A stretch of DNA of 64,000 nucleotides, taken from positions 15,936,001 to 16,000,000 of the forward strand of contig CM052816.1 of the NCBI GenBank assembly GCA_028534125.1, in the 5' to 3' direction. Below the pieces are notes generated by a model that searched no databases, had not been told where the DNA came from, and worked only from the letters and a program-made list of their open reading frames with translations. Positions 23,705 to 35,032 of this stretch are shown in pieces. The translations under genes and the position numbers were made by a program. The stretch is from Lama glama (Eukaryota). Positions within the stretch are counted from its first letter, which is position 1. Every line of letters starts with the position of its first letter.

Positions 23705-24694
23705 GACACAAACATGCATTCGTTTTATTCACAAAACAGCCTGGTTTCCTAAAACAATACAAACAGCATGTTCATCAGCAGGAAGCTGGCCATGGGCAAG
23801 GGGGCCCCTGGGCACCCACCACCACCGGCATGGGGCCACGCAAAGAAGCCCTTTCTTCTGTTGCCAGCAGCAAGGCCAGAAAAAAGGGACTTATTTTCTC
23901 TAAGGAAAGTAGCCAGGTTCAGAAATATTGAGACATGGGCTCCCCAGATCTCGATGGATAAACGACAGAACTTTCGTTTTCACAAAATCATCACTGTTGG
24001 GGTGGGGGATCCCATTCTGGGGACCGTGGGTGCGGCATGGCTGGCCTGCCCCTCCACCCCACCCCGGGGAGGGTGAGTGGGCTGCTCCCTCCCGCTCTGC
24101 GAGCTCCTCGCGGCAGCTCCACACGCGTGGATGGATACACAGGGGCTTCGATACGGCGCCATCAACATTCTCTTTATAAACGTGAGTGGATTCTCCAGGC
24201 AAACTATGCACTATTTCATGGTCGGAAAGAATTAAAGGAAGTTTAAATGAGGGTGGAGTTAAACTGTGCTAAATTACAGTAGTGCTTATTAGTAACTAGA
24301 TTTCAAAAGGTTACAGAAAATTTACATTCTCTACACAAAAACTGCATCTCCTGCACAGACAACATCAACATCGACACAGGAAGGAAACTGATTGTCCATT
24401 CTCTGCCCAGGAAGTCTCGGTACTTTATAGATTCGTCTTTACCTCTTTTTTTTGTTGTTGTTCTTCCGAAAAAGCAGTTAAATTTTTTTTCTTTTCTTTT
24501 TCTTTTTATACTGGGGACGTGGAGATGTTAAAACGACAACAAAAAATATATATATAAAAACAGGAATGAAATCTGTGAGAATATTTTTGGTTCTAAAGAC
24601 GGGTGCATCCGTTTGTCTTCGCCCGAATCCCTTGCCGGAGACCACACGAGCAGTGACATTGCACGGAGAGGGCAGCTTTGGGTTCCCGCCGCCG
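23705..24694 (-). other. CXXC5: CXXC5 3' UTR (~1 kb, with AU/U-rich blocks)
   Basis: Follows the TGA; AT-rich tracts at 24160-24600 contrast with GC-rich flanks; ends after AATAAA. Confidence 0.85.
23724..23729 (-). terminator. CXXC5: Polyadenylation signal AATAAA
   Basis: Plus-strand TTTATT; minus strand reads GAATAAAACGAATGCATGTTTGTGTC, i.e. signal followed by GU-rich sequence. Confidence 0.85.
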
Positions 24695-24739
24695 TCACTG
24701 AAACCACCGGAAGGCGGCTCCCGTCGGAAGCATCACCTT
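24695..24739 (-). CDS. CXXC5: CXXC5 terminal coding exon, KVMLPTGAAFRWFQ*
   Basis: Minus strand reads TTGTCTCCCGCCCCCGCCAG|AAG GTG ATG CTT CCG ACG GGA GCC GCC TTC CGG TGG TTT CAG TGA, the known CXXC5 C-terminus; spliced total 319 aa. Confidence 0.97.
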   Translation of the reverse strand, partial: KVMLPTGAAFRWFQ

Positions 24740-26268
24740 CTGGCGGGGGCGGGAGACAAAAACAAGGAGAGAGTTCAGTCAGGGTCCGGCTGGGCCTGGT
24801 GCAAAGACGTTCCCCCGTGGATGGCCTCATGGCGGAGGGATGGGCATGGAGTAAAAGCGGCCACCCCGTGGAGTTCCTGCCATCCTGGCCAGGCCAGAGG
24901 AGGAGCCTGACCCGCTGGGCCACTGGAGGGCCTGGAGCACCTGGAGGCCTCCTGAGCCACTGTGCCCAGAAACACTCCATCCAGACAGGAGGACCCCTTT
25001 CCCTGGTCCAAAAGCCTTAAGCGCCAGGCGGCTGTGGTACATCTGAGAGTTACGGTCACGTTTCTGTCAAATCAGTGTGTACGCGTGTGCACTGGACACA
25101 TACAAGGTGTGTGCCCTGAGCTATGATACAGTGTGTAGTGTGTCTGGAGCTGTGGTGGGAAGGAAGGATGCTTGCTGTGTTTTAAGAGCTGCGTCTATAA
25201 TAAGACTGGGTACTGGGCAGGATGTATGTGTGTGTGTATATATCTGTCTCTACACTAGATGAGAGCAGGTGCCTTTGTGTGCACACAAGTGTGTTCTCTG
25301 GACAGGAGAGCAGATACATGATGTTTGGGGCTTGGGGTGGGGGGCTAGCCACAGCTGGAATACCACTGTTTTATAACCATTCTGGACATCTGCGTCAAGC
25401 CCGCTCGCAGAGGGGCGGGGACAGGGCACAGTCAGCAGGCTGAAAAGATGCTTTTGTCCCTGGGCCTGACACCACAGCAAGGTGTCATGGCTGAGGGCAT
25501 GGGGACAGGCCCTGCCACAAGGGTGGCGAGAAAACAGCATGGGAACCCTTCTGCCTTCTCAAAGCCAATCCCATAGTGGACAGGGCTTGCCCATACCCCA
25601 GGCTCAAGCCACCCCCTATTTCCAGGCCCATAGGACCCCTGGCTATTAAGTATGCAGCCAGACTGACCTTAGGGTCCCAAGGCACCCCAAATTTGTTAAC
25701 TAGGTGCCTAGAGCTAGGGTTCTTCCAGCCCTCAGAGCAGGGCAGTCAGCACTGGAGCTGCTCTATCCTTGGGTGGCCTCAGGGGTAAAGGGTGGGCTCT
25801 GAAGGGACAAATGAGGGGCTAACCCCTCAAAGCCACAGGGTCCACCAGACAGAACCCCTCAAATGGTGCAGAGGAGAGTCCCGGCATCTTGGGTCAGGGA
25901 CTGGAAGCGTTAGGACATGTCTGAAAGTCAGAGACTTAGGACCTGTGTGGGAATCTCAATACCTGACCTAGAACTCCAGGAGGGGTTCAGAATCCCGAGG
26001 CCTGGAGAGAAGGCTAAGCCTCTGCCTGGAATTTCATGCTTGCCTAGGCTCAAAACAACCTGAGGGCATCTATCTCAGGATGTGGCTCTGACTTGTGGGG
26101 CAGTGAACTAGTGTCTTGGAGCCTGCCCTAAAACCCCAGAGCCCAGGGATGGGCTGGGCATCCCCCAGACACTTGCCCAGGCAGGAAAGGTGGGAATAGG
26201 GGTAGGAGTGGGTTTGGACTGCCAGACAGACGCAAGAGCCCACACACCTCCCTCTAAGGCGCCGTTAC

Positions 26269-27183
26269 CTCCAGAGCAGCGGAAGGCTTCTTTTTGAGTT
26301 CCTCACATTTTCTGAATTTGCAAATCTGATGGCCAGTCTTTCGGTTCCTACAACTGCTGCACTGCTCGCAGTTGATGCGCCGCCGGCAGGGCGCACACAT
26401 GCCGCAGCGTTTCCGCTTCTTCTTGCCCGAGCTGATGGCGGAGGCCAGCTCTCCCTGCATGGGGTACTCGGCCAGGCCAGCCATGTGCAGCGCACTCTCA
26501 GCCAGGAACACGCCCGCTGGGGTCATGATGAAGAGGCCTGGGTTGATGGGGAAGGCGCCCAGGTAGGGGAAGTCGGACTGGCCGTTGAGGGCTTCGGCAC
26601 CCGCCACAGCCTCCATGTCGGGCAGGCCGGCGCCGGCTTCGCTCATCAGCGGTAGGTGCTCCTGCACCACGCGCTTCAGCATCTCCGTGGACTGCGCGAA
26701 CTGCTGCAGCGTCAGCTGTCCCTCGGCTGCCAGCTCCGTGGCCCGCTCTGCCTTGCTCAGCAGGCTGGCCACAGCACCACTTTTGTGCTTTGAGGTAGGG
26801 TTGCTTTTGTCCACAGCCATGGCTGCTGCCAGGTCATGCCCATTGGCCAACAGGGAGGCAGCGGCTGCAGCCGCAGCAGCCTTTTCGGTAGACTCCCCGC
26901 CCATCATGCTGCCACCACCACTGCCACCACTGCCCCCAAAGGAAGAGTAGTGGGAGAGAGGGCGGGAGCGGCGCAGGCTCTTGTTGAGGGGTTCGCTGAT
27001 GATGCCGCTCTTGTTCCGACGCTCGGGGGGTGGTGCATCATCCGCCACCGAGGTGGGCACAGCCGCAGCTGCCGCTGCACTCTTGTCTACCACTCCAGCC
27101 TTTGGGCCACTGCCACTGCTGCCACCGATGTTGCTGCTGCTACTGCTGCCGGTGTCCTGGGGGCCACTGCCGAGGCTCGACAT
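26269..27183 (-). CDS. CXXC5: CXXC5 main coding exon (codons 1-305): Ser/Gly/Ala-rich N-terminus, poly-Ala run, basic NLS and CXXC zinc finger
   Basis: ORF 26254..27252 contains MSSLGSGPQD...PPPERRNKSGIISEPLNKSLRRSRPLSHY...KKKRKRCGMCAPCRRRINCEQCSSCRNRKTGHQICKFRKCEELKKKPSAALE, matching mammalian CXXC5; ATG at 27183 in CCACCATG context; phase-0 donor GAG|GTAACG at 26269/26268. Confidence 0.98.
26296..26424 (-). other. CXXC5: zf-CXXC domain with basic NLS (KKKRKR) and the RKTGHQICKFRKC Dishevelled-binding segment
   Basis: Eight-cysteine CGMCAPC...CEQCSSC...C...C pattern in the translation, typical of the CXXC4/CXXC5/TET-type CXXC domain. Confidence 0.95.
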
Positions 27184-27343
27184 GGTGGGGCCGAGGCCCA
27201 GACCCCACTGTTGGGGGAGCCTGCCAACTGCGGGGGGTCCACAGATGAGCACTTGGCCCTGCTGCCCACGACAGAGACACCTGGTAGGCCTTGCTGCTCA
27301 GGGCAGGTACATGGTCAGGTGTCCACGTGGCAGTGTCTTCACT
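27184..27343 (-). other. CXXC5: 5' UTR portion of the main CXXC5 exon (160 nt)
   Basis: Acceptor CCCTGTATCCTCTTGCCCTGACAG|AGTGAAG at 27344/27343 with pyrimidine tract and CTGAC branch-like motif upstream. Confidence 0.85.
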
Positions 27344-27429
27344 CTGTCAGGGCAAGAGGATACAGGGTCAGGGCAGCAGACACCCCCTCCACCACCACCA
27401 CTGTCATCACCACAATATCACATCCTGGC

Positions 27430-27610
27430 TAGGCATTTACGAAATGCCAACCATAGTTAGGAATTCCTAATTTGTATGATCTCACTTAAGACTCACAGAA
27501 CCCTACAAAGCTGTAGCTAGTAATAACCTGTTTTATAGATGAAGAAAAGATTTGGGAGAAGAATGGACTAGCCCATGGATACACAGCCATCAAGTAGTGT
27601 GGCAGAGGCT
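27430..27610 (-). mobile_element. MIR SINE just upstream of the main-exon acceptor
   Basis: GCATTTAC...ATCTCACTTAA...CTCACAGAACCCTA...TTTTATAGATGAAGAAA. Confidence 0.6.
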
Positions 27611-30032
27611 CAGCTGGGTCTCCCTCTGCCCTGCTAGAATCTGTGCTGGGGGCAGGAGAGAGCTGGAGAGCTTGATTAACCTTGGAGGGTTACAGAGTCA
27701 CCCTCTGCTTCCTGATTGTTCACTGACCCAACTATGAAGTGGGGTGGGAACAGTCTCTGAAGGACTGGGAGGTGTAGATTAAAAAGCCTGGGAAGCTGCC
27801 CCTGGATGCTGTCTGAGATTCTTAATACACATCAATTATCTCAAGGCTCTGGCAAGTCCTGCAGATAAAGGAAACTGACTTTGTTAAACAGTTTGCCAAA
27901 TAGAGCACAGAACGCTTACTTCAAGGAGCATGTATCCTCCTGCTAGAGGGCAGGCAGCACTGTGCCAGAGGGGAGGAGTGGGGGACATGCCTGTGCACAC
28001 ATTGGCACACCCTTCTCTCCCTTAAACCTCAGAACCCACTCTTGTCTCGACTCAGGCATCACTGCTGTGCTCTGACCTAGCTCCCAGACGGGTCTGGATG
28101 GAGGTCCCAGTGAGAGCCTAGAGAGCAGGACTGGACTGTGGGCAGGAGGGACCTCTGGCTTGTGTGAGAGGACTGAGAGCAGGTATGACCCTCCAGGAAA
28201 CGGAGCCTGTTCTTTAGCTCCGTCCACGTGTCTGAGGAGCCCCTTCCTAGGACAGAGCCTGCTCTGCTTAGGCCCCAAGACTAAGGCATGTGAGCAACCA
28301 GGCTCCTTGGCCAGAAACTCTGGAAGGAACTGTTCCAGATGGAGCGGAGTGGTAGTTTCCTCATCAGCCCTGCCTCTCTAGTGTCTGCCTGCCGCAGGCC
28401 AGCAACCCCCAGGAGAGGGGCGGGAGGACAGGGCCCAGCCCGAGCAGCTGGCGACTTGAGGGGGAGGCGCACATCTGGCTGGGCCAGTCCCGCCCTGGGC
28501 TTGGGGGCGGCACACACTGCATCTTTGTCCCCAGGCAACCCCACCATCCCCTAGTCACAGGACTCCGGCTGTCCTGGGAGGTCATCAGTCCAACCCTGTG
28601 CACTTACAGAAGGAGAAATCAAGGTCCAGTGCAGGCAAGTCCCCTGGCCCAGGACTGCTAAGGAGTGGCCGTGAGGAGGAGCGAGTGCAGGCGAGGGAAA
28701 TGCGCTATCTCCAGGATGAGGTGAACAGCAGACAGCAGTAGCCAGCCAGACAATCCCTGCCCCTCCAAAGCAGGCACTAGCCCACCTAAGCGCCTTTCTA
28801 GTGAAGGCAGATGGTGGTAGGGAAGAGCTGGGCAAGCTGGCAGATTCCACCAGAACAAACCCAGGAGGGCCAGGCAGGGTGTCCAGGATGGAGGGATGGG
28901 ATGGGGGTATCACGGAGGTCAAAGTTGTAGTAAGAGCAAGAGGGCCACATATGCCCCAGGAAAGCTGTGCTCCATTCTACCTCCTAAGGTGTAAGCCCAG
29001 GCTGGCTCTTGGGCCTCTGTCCTCAGAGATCAGGACCCCTCCAGGCATCAGTGGCCCTGATGAGGTGCTGGGGACCAGGGCCAGTGAGATCAGGGCTGGA
29101 AATCATCATCCCAAGTCAACTCATCTAGTCCTTGCCCCTCCGAGCTCAACTCCCTGCCCTGGACCACAGCCCGACCAGCCCTAGACACAGGGTGAGGGGA
29201 GCAGACAGGAGAAGGCAGGCGCCCGCGGGCTGGAGAGGTGGGGAGGGGAGCAGTCTGCGCCCTAGCCCCTCTGTGTGTCCCCCGCCTCTGCGGCCTGCTG
29301 GCTGGTGGCAGAAATCGATAGCTGCATTAACGCTGCTCTTGCTCTACTCCCTCCCTCCCTCCTCCAGGCTCCAGGATCTGGCTCTGCGTGTGGGGCGGGC
29401 AGGTCAATTAGAAGTCAGCTCCCTCCGACACAGCCAGGCCTGCCTGTGTTCAGGGCTGGTGCTGTGACTCAGTCCCTCTGCTTTTGTCTCCAACCTGAGT
29501 CTCTCTTGCTGGGGACCAAACTTCATGTTCTCTTTATCTCTGGCCCTCCTCTTTGAATCTCTCTGATCTTTCATTTTGCTGTCCTTCCTCGGGGACTACC
29601 GGCCCCCAGACCACCAGGTCCCAGGACATGCTGAGCTCAGGACCAGAGGACGTGATATGTCATTGAACAGGTGCTGCAGGCAGAACACTGGTTTGTCAGC
29701 CACAGAAACTGAAGGTGGGGGGTACACAAGGGGGACTAGTACACAAGGTAACTCTGTCCTCAAATCTTAGAGTGGGCAGAAACCAACATCCAGGCCCAAA
29801 GCCTGGTCCTCAACCAAGCCTGTTCCAAATCTGCCCTTGTACCTGGCTCCTCTTCTCTTTCAGACCCAGGGAAAGGCTGATGCCTTGGTCCCAGTGGACC
29901 ATGACCACAGGGCCTGTGTGCTCTACTCATGGAAGGGGAAGACATAAGAGAAGACCTTCTCCCAGGCCCCAGCCTTCTACTTTAGGGCATACAGCAACCC
30001 CTCCCAGGCCAGAAAGGGCCTGGCAGTGCCCA

Positions 30033-30132
30033 NNNNNNNNNNNNNNNNNNNNNNNNNNNNNNNNNNNNNNNNNNNNNNNNNNNNNNNNNNNNNNNNNNNN
30101 NNNNNNNNNNNNNNNNNNNNNNNNNNNNNNNN
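30033..30132. other. Assembly gap (100 N) next to a poly-G run
   Basis: Run of N followed by G11; true length unknown. Confidence 0.99.
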
Positions 30133-30794
30133 GGGGGGGGGGGTGAGGGGAGAACCAGTCATGGAGAGCTGGGGGGCAGAGGGGGACATGGGGCCAGAAG
30201 AATAGAGACAGGTGGTAGGGATAGAGGATTATGAGACAGAGGACTCCAGGAGTGGGTCAGAGAAAAGGGGACTGGGAGAGGACAGGGCAAAGGGTCAAGG
30301 TTAGAGAACAGAGCATCATGGGGAGCAGAGACTGGGGTGACTGGGCTCAGAGACTCAGGGCCCCTAACCCATCTCTGAGACTTGAGGGTCTAAGAGACAA
30401 GGAAACAGAGCTCTGAGAGTCCAGACCTGGGGACCAAGAGAAGGCAGCGAGCTGGACCTGCCCATGGGAGAGGGAGGCAGAGGCAAAGGCAGGGGTAGAC
30501 CAGACGAGACCCACCTTGTTTGGAGCCCCAGCCCACTCCAGCCCAAGGCCTGGGAAGAGGGGTCAGTGGGTTCCTGGCCTCAGGGCTGGGCTGTGGGGCC
30601 CCACCTCCTGTGAGCTCAAGTTTACTCGCTCAACTGGGAAGCGAGGGACAGTCAAAGCTGGAGCCCTTTCCTGACAGTGGGGCCACCCCTGCCTCTAATC
30701 CCAGGTCCTGGCCAGTCCCAGAAAGCATGGACCCTGCCCCTCCCTAGCCAGCTCTCACCAAGCAACACTCAGGCTCCCTTAACTATCCAGCCCT

Positions 30795-31030
30795 ATCAGC
30801 TAGCATTTGTTGAGCACCTACTGTGTCCAAGGCCCTGTACTCTAGGCTTTACATGTCTTTTCTCCCTCCTTGACTCCTCCTAGTAATTAGGGAAATAGGA
30901 ACTATTAACCAATTTCAGAGATGAGGAAATTGAGGCTCAGTGAGGTTCAAGCTGTGAAGCCAAGGTTAAGCAGCAGGTGCCCAGCAGGGGTAGAGCTTGA
31001 ACCCAGAGCCCAAGTGTTAGTCACCCTACT
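30795..31030 (-). mobile_element. MIR SINE
   Basis: CATTTGTTGAGCACCTACTGTGTCC...AGATGAGGAAATTGAGGCTCAG...TTGAACCCAG. Confidence 0.8.
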
Positions 31031-31799
31031 CTGACCGCCTTTGTTCTACATGGGCAACTGACAGATTAGCCCAGGGTAGTGTGGCCCAGCTACCCTGAGG
31101 CTGCCCCCACCCCCACCCCCGGGGTTATTACCATGCCATCATCACCTTTAGTGGTCAGGGGGGTGAGCTGTCACAGACCCCAGGGAGTGTCCCCACCTGG
31201 GGGACTTGGAGAAACCCAGGCAGGAACCCGGAATGCAGGGCCAATGACATCATAATGCCAGCTGGCAATGAGGTCACCAGAGGTGATGGCAGTGCCCTCA
31301 CTCCTCCCTCAGTGCCAGGGGAGCCAGGATTCATCCCCAGCAGGGCTCTGTCCTGAGCCTTCAGGCTGCACAGCAATGGGGTGGAGGCAGGCGGGCACTG
31401 TGGGGTGGGACCCTACTGTCTGCATTAGACATGCACACAAGTGGCCCATGGTGAGATGTTCTAGATGTTAGGTTGCACACAGCCTGCACTGCCTACTCAA
31501 TAGCGGACCCCTGCTCTGTGGTCCTGGGGAGACAGCGGAGGATACAGACCCAGCACTGCCCTGGAGGAGTACACATGAGCTGGGCCGATGGTTACACCAA
31601 CCAATGTGAAACGAGAGAGCAGGAAAGGGACCAAGTGGGTCATGGGGGCCTTCCTGGAGGAAGGGGCTGCTTAGCCTGTGAGTTTAGGATGAAGAGAGAT
31701 TACCAAGGGGGACACAAGTCTGAAAGTGTTCCTAAGAAATGGGGAAATGGGTGCGAGGTGTGGCTATGAGGTTGGCAGGACCTTGAGGCCAAATGCAGG

Positions 31800-31925
31800 A
31801 TTTTTTTTAAAAAAGCTTTATTGAGGTATAGTTTACATACTATAAAATTCATCCATTTCTCAGTGTAGATTTCACTAATTTGTAGTAAATTTACAGAACT
31901 GTGCAACCATCACCAATAAATCAAG
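31800..31925 (-). mobile_element. L1M (L1MB/MC-like) extreme 3' end with poly-A remnant, inside an older L2-like stretch
   Basis: TTTTTTTT...GCTTTATTGAGGTATAGTTTACATACTATAAAATTCATCCATTT...TGTGCAACCATCACCA. Confidence 0.8.
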
Positions 31926-33814
31926 GACAGAGTTTGAGCAAGGCACCACCCCTCCTCCTACTCCGCTGCAGCAGCCTCTCAGTCATCCCGCCTGCCATCC
32001 TGGAGGAGGCAGCATTTCGTCAGGGCCTTCAGGCCCCAAGGCCCCCCGCACAGCAGAGCCTGCATTGTCTAACCAGGCAGGGTTGCAGACTTGCACACCC
32101 TAGCTCATCGCACCCTTCCCCACACTTCCATGCACATTCCTGCCATCCCTGCTATACCCCCTCATACCCCTCCACCCATCTTGATGGGCTGGTCTCCTTA
32201 GACTCCAAGGGAGGCAAGATGGACAGACTGACTGATGGTGGGCTGGCCAGTGGTGACAGGGAGGGGAGACCACAGGCTGCGGTGGTTGAACTGAGCTGAG
32301 CAATTGGGTGTGTGTGGGGGGGGGTTTCCATCTCTGATTTCCATGATTCAGCCTGGGGAGTTTCCAAAGGGAAAAAAAGCCCCACTCAGGCCCAAGAAGA
32401 CACACACGGGGACACTGGTCTTGGAGGCTAGGAGAAATGCAGGTCCTGCTGGAGAGCACAGGGCACATATCCAGCTATGGATGGACACACACATACAAGG
32501 ACACATTGACCACTGTTAGCACCCAGCAGATGGCCTGGGGTGGGACATGCCCTCAATACCACTAGGGTCTCTTTAAGAGTAACACCCCAAAACTGACTGC
32601 CAAGGACTGAATTGGGCTGTGGGTCTGCAATCCTCTTTCCCTGACTCCACACCCTCTGACCTCTTATGCCCCTCTTCTCAGGGCAGGCTCAGCCCCCTCG
32701 TCTGAGGACAGAAGCATGCTGCTGAGAAAACCCAGAAATACAGGGGACTCTGTTCATCCTTACTGAGCTCCCGAAAGCACCTAGAGGAGGGGATCAGCCC
32801 ATTTCACGGACAAGAACACTGAGGCCTCAGGCAGGAGCTATGCCCTGACCTGGGGATCCAGGGAATGAGATACAGAGCCTGGGATACCTCAAATAAAGAT
32901 AAGGCCTTCCTCAACAGGTACTTCCTTTGGGCCAGGTTCCTTCCTTGGAAAAGTCAAAGGATCAGGAGGGCCCTTCCTTGCTGTGTGACCTTGGCATATG
33001 GCCTCTGAGCCAGTCTCCCCAGCTGCAACATGGCACCATGAGAATAACAGCTAACATGTATGGAGGCCTTCCTATGTGCTAGACACTGTACACGCCTTGT
33101 CTCATTGAATCCTCACACCCACCTTCTGAAGTACTATTACTGCCCCATTTAGAGCAGGCAATTTGATAAGCAGTTGTGATCCGGAGAAAATGATGGCCTC
33201 TGTGTTTGGGAGCCCCCCGATCTTAGACTTAAGTGGTGACATTTGAGCTGACAACAACCTGGGGTCAGAGCCTACACACTTAAGACTTCCCTCCTGGTGG
33301 GCTTCACCAGGGCAAGCCAGAAAAGGCCAGCTCAGAGATACCTGGGGCCAAGGAATGGGGTGGGGAGGCAGTGCAAGTATCAATAGGACTGGTCGGGGGA
33401 CTGGAGTCCAAAGGTCAGGCTTATGGCTCCACCCTGTCCCCTCTTGTTGACTTTGACACCTTCCCCCACACAGAGGCTCTGTTCCTATCTGTAAAATGGA
33501 GAACAGTTCTTGCTCCTCACCCCAAACTGCTGGAGTCATAAGCCCAGAGGGGCCCATGGGGAAGGAGGTAGAGAGACACAGAAAATAGGCTCCAGAGAGT
33601 GACCCCCTCCCACCCTCTAAATCCCAGGAGGAAGGCCCCAGGGGCCTAATCAGCCCACTGTGACTTTCAGATTGGTAAAGTGAGGCCTGGAACGAAGGGT
33701 TTTGGGCAGGCCACAGGGTTCGGCACAAGCCCCAGATGATGTGAGGCTTACTGGAGCCAAGAACATCCAATCCCCTCCCATTCCTGTCTCCCCAGAGGAC
33801 ATGATAATAGCAGA

Positions 33815-34015
33815 CCCTAATAATGAGCACTCACTCTCTGTTAGGTATTGTGCTAAGCATTTCACATGCATCTTCTCGCTGAGATCTCTGTAACTGTTTA
33901 CTAGCAGTAGCACCAATGGATGAGGCTCAGGGAAGTAAAGTCAACTATACAAGGTCACAAGGTCAATAGGTGGCAGAGTCAGGATTTGAAACCAGGTCTC
34001 TGTGACTCCAGAGCC
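33815..34015 (-). mobile_element. MIR SINE containing a DR2 element
   Basis: GAGCACTCAC...TGTGCTAAGCATTTCACATGCATC...GAGGCTCAG...AAGGTCACA...GGCAGAGTCAGGATTTGAAACCAGG. Confidence 0.8.
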
Positions 34016-34987
34016 TGGCTCTCCAACACCGGCCAAGGGCTCTGAGGCACATGGAGGGAGGGATTTTGGCTGGAGGATCAGGTCCAGTTCAGCTCTCAGC
34101 CTTGGGGAACCTCCTAGGTTTCCCGTGGGTCCTGGGGCGTGGTTCTCAGGCTCTGGGGATACTGTTGCAGAGAAGTCTGCAGCTGTACCCTAAGGCCCAG
34201 GAAAAGACAAGGGAAGGGGCTGCGGGTGGGCCGGACGGGCCAGGCTGGGCCAGAGCTCCGGGCATTCCGGCGGCCTCCGCAGGAAGCAGAATGGGACGGA
34301 AACCGGCTCCTGCCTCCTCCCCCAGAATCCTGTGGGCAGCCCAGCCGGGCTGCACAGAGGCCCTCTTTGTGCCTGCCCCAACCCGCCACCCGCGGCTGGC
34401 CCAGGGTTTTGAGTTTCCTGGGGGGTGGGGGCCCCGCCACTGCTAAACCTCCAGCTACCTCCCCCTCTCAGGGGCGGTCACAGCAGTCCACAGCTGGAGG
34501 AGGAACTGAGTAGATGGCCAGGGCTACCCCAGAGACCCTGAGGGGCTTGAAGGTAGGCAGAGGGACTCAGAGACAATGCCTGAGAGGCCACCACCCATAG
34601 CCTGCCCTCGCTGCCAGCAGCCACCAAACCCATCGTGACCTCCCGGAACTGCCCATCCCACTTCATCTCAGTGCCCTTGGGCCCAGTGTGGTGGACATCC
34701 ATGGAGGCTGGCCAGGTGGGGAGGGCAGTCCATCTGTCAACCACCATTTCCTATTTTCCAGGGGCTCCCTGGACACAGTGTGCATCAAAGGGGAGGCCTC
34801 AAGCTCACTTCAGCATTTCAGAGGACAAAAGCTCCTTGCGTGTTGTTACTGCTCAAGGAACACCGGGCCCCAGGGAAAGAGCTCAGGTTGGAGTATGTAT
34901 CGTGAGGAGCGGCACCAGGGACAAGTGCATCTGCATGTGTCCACATGGGATGGGAGGTGTGTTAGACACCTGTGCATGCTGTATGTT

Positions 34988-34990
<3 letters not shown>

Positions 34991-35030
<40 letters not shown>
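34991..35030. repeat. (GT)20 microsatellite in a TG-rich low-complexity region
   Basis: Direct reading. Confidence 0.95.

Positions 35031-35032
<2 letters not shown>

Noticed and set aside
27184..27252. ORF-track start at 27252 giving a 332-aa protein
   Set aside because: The start is a GTG; the recognisable CXXC5 N-terminus begins at the ATG at 27183, and the VTAP end is intron read-through.
26329..27460. Plus-strand ORFs of 64-198 aa overlapping the CXXC5 exon
   Set aside because: Antisense shadow ORFs of a GC-rich coding exon; no independent family similarity.
33102..33830. 242-aa minus-strand ORF in intron 1
   Set aside because: Both ends lie in MIR-like sequence; no recognisable domain or splice context.
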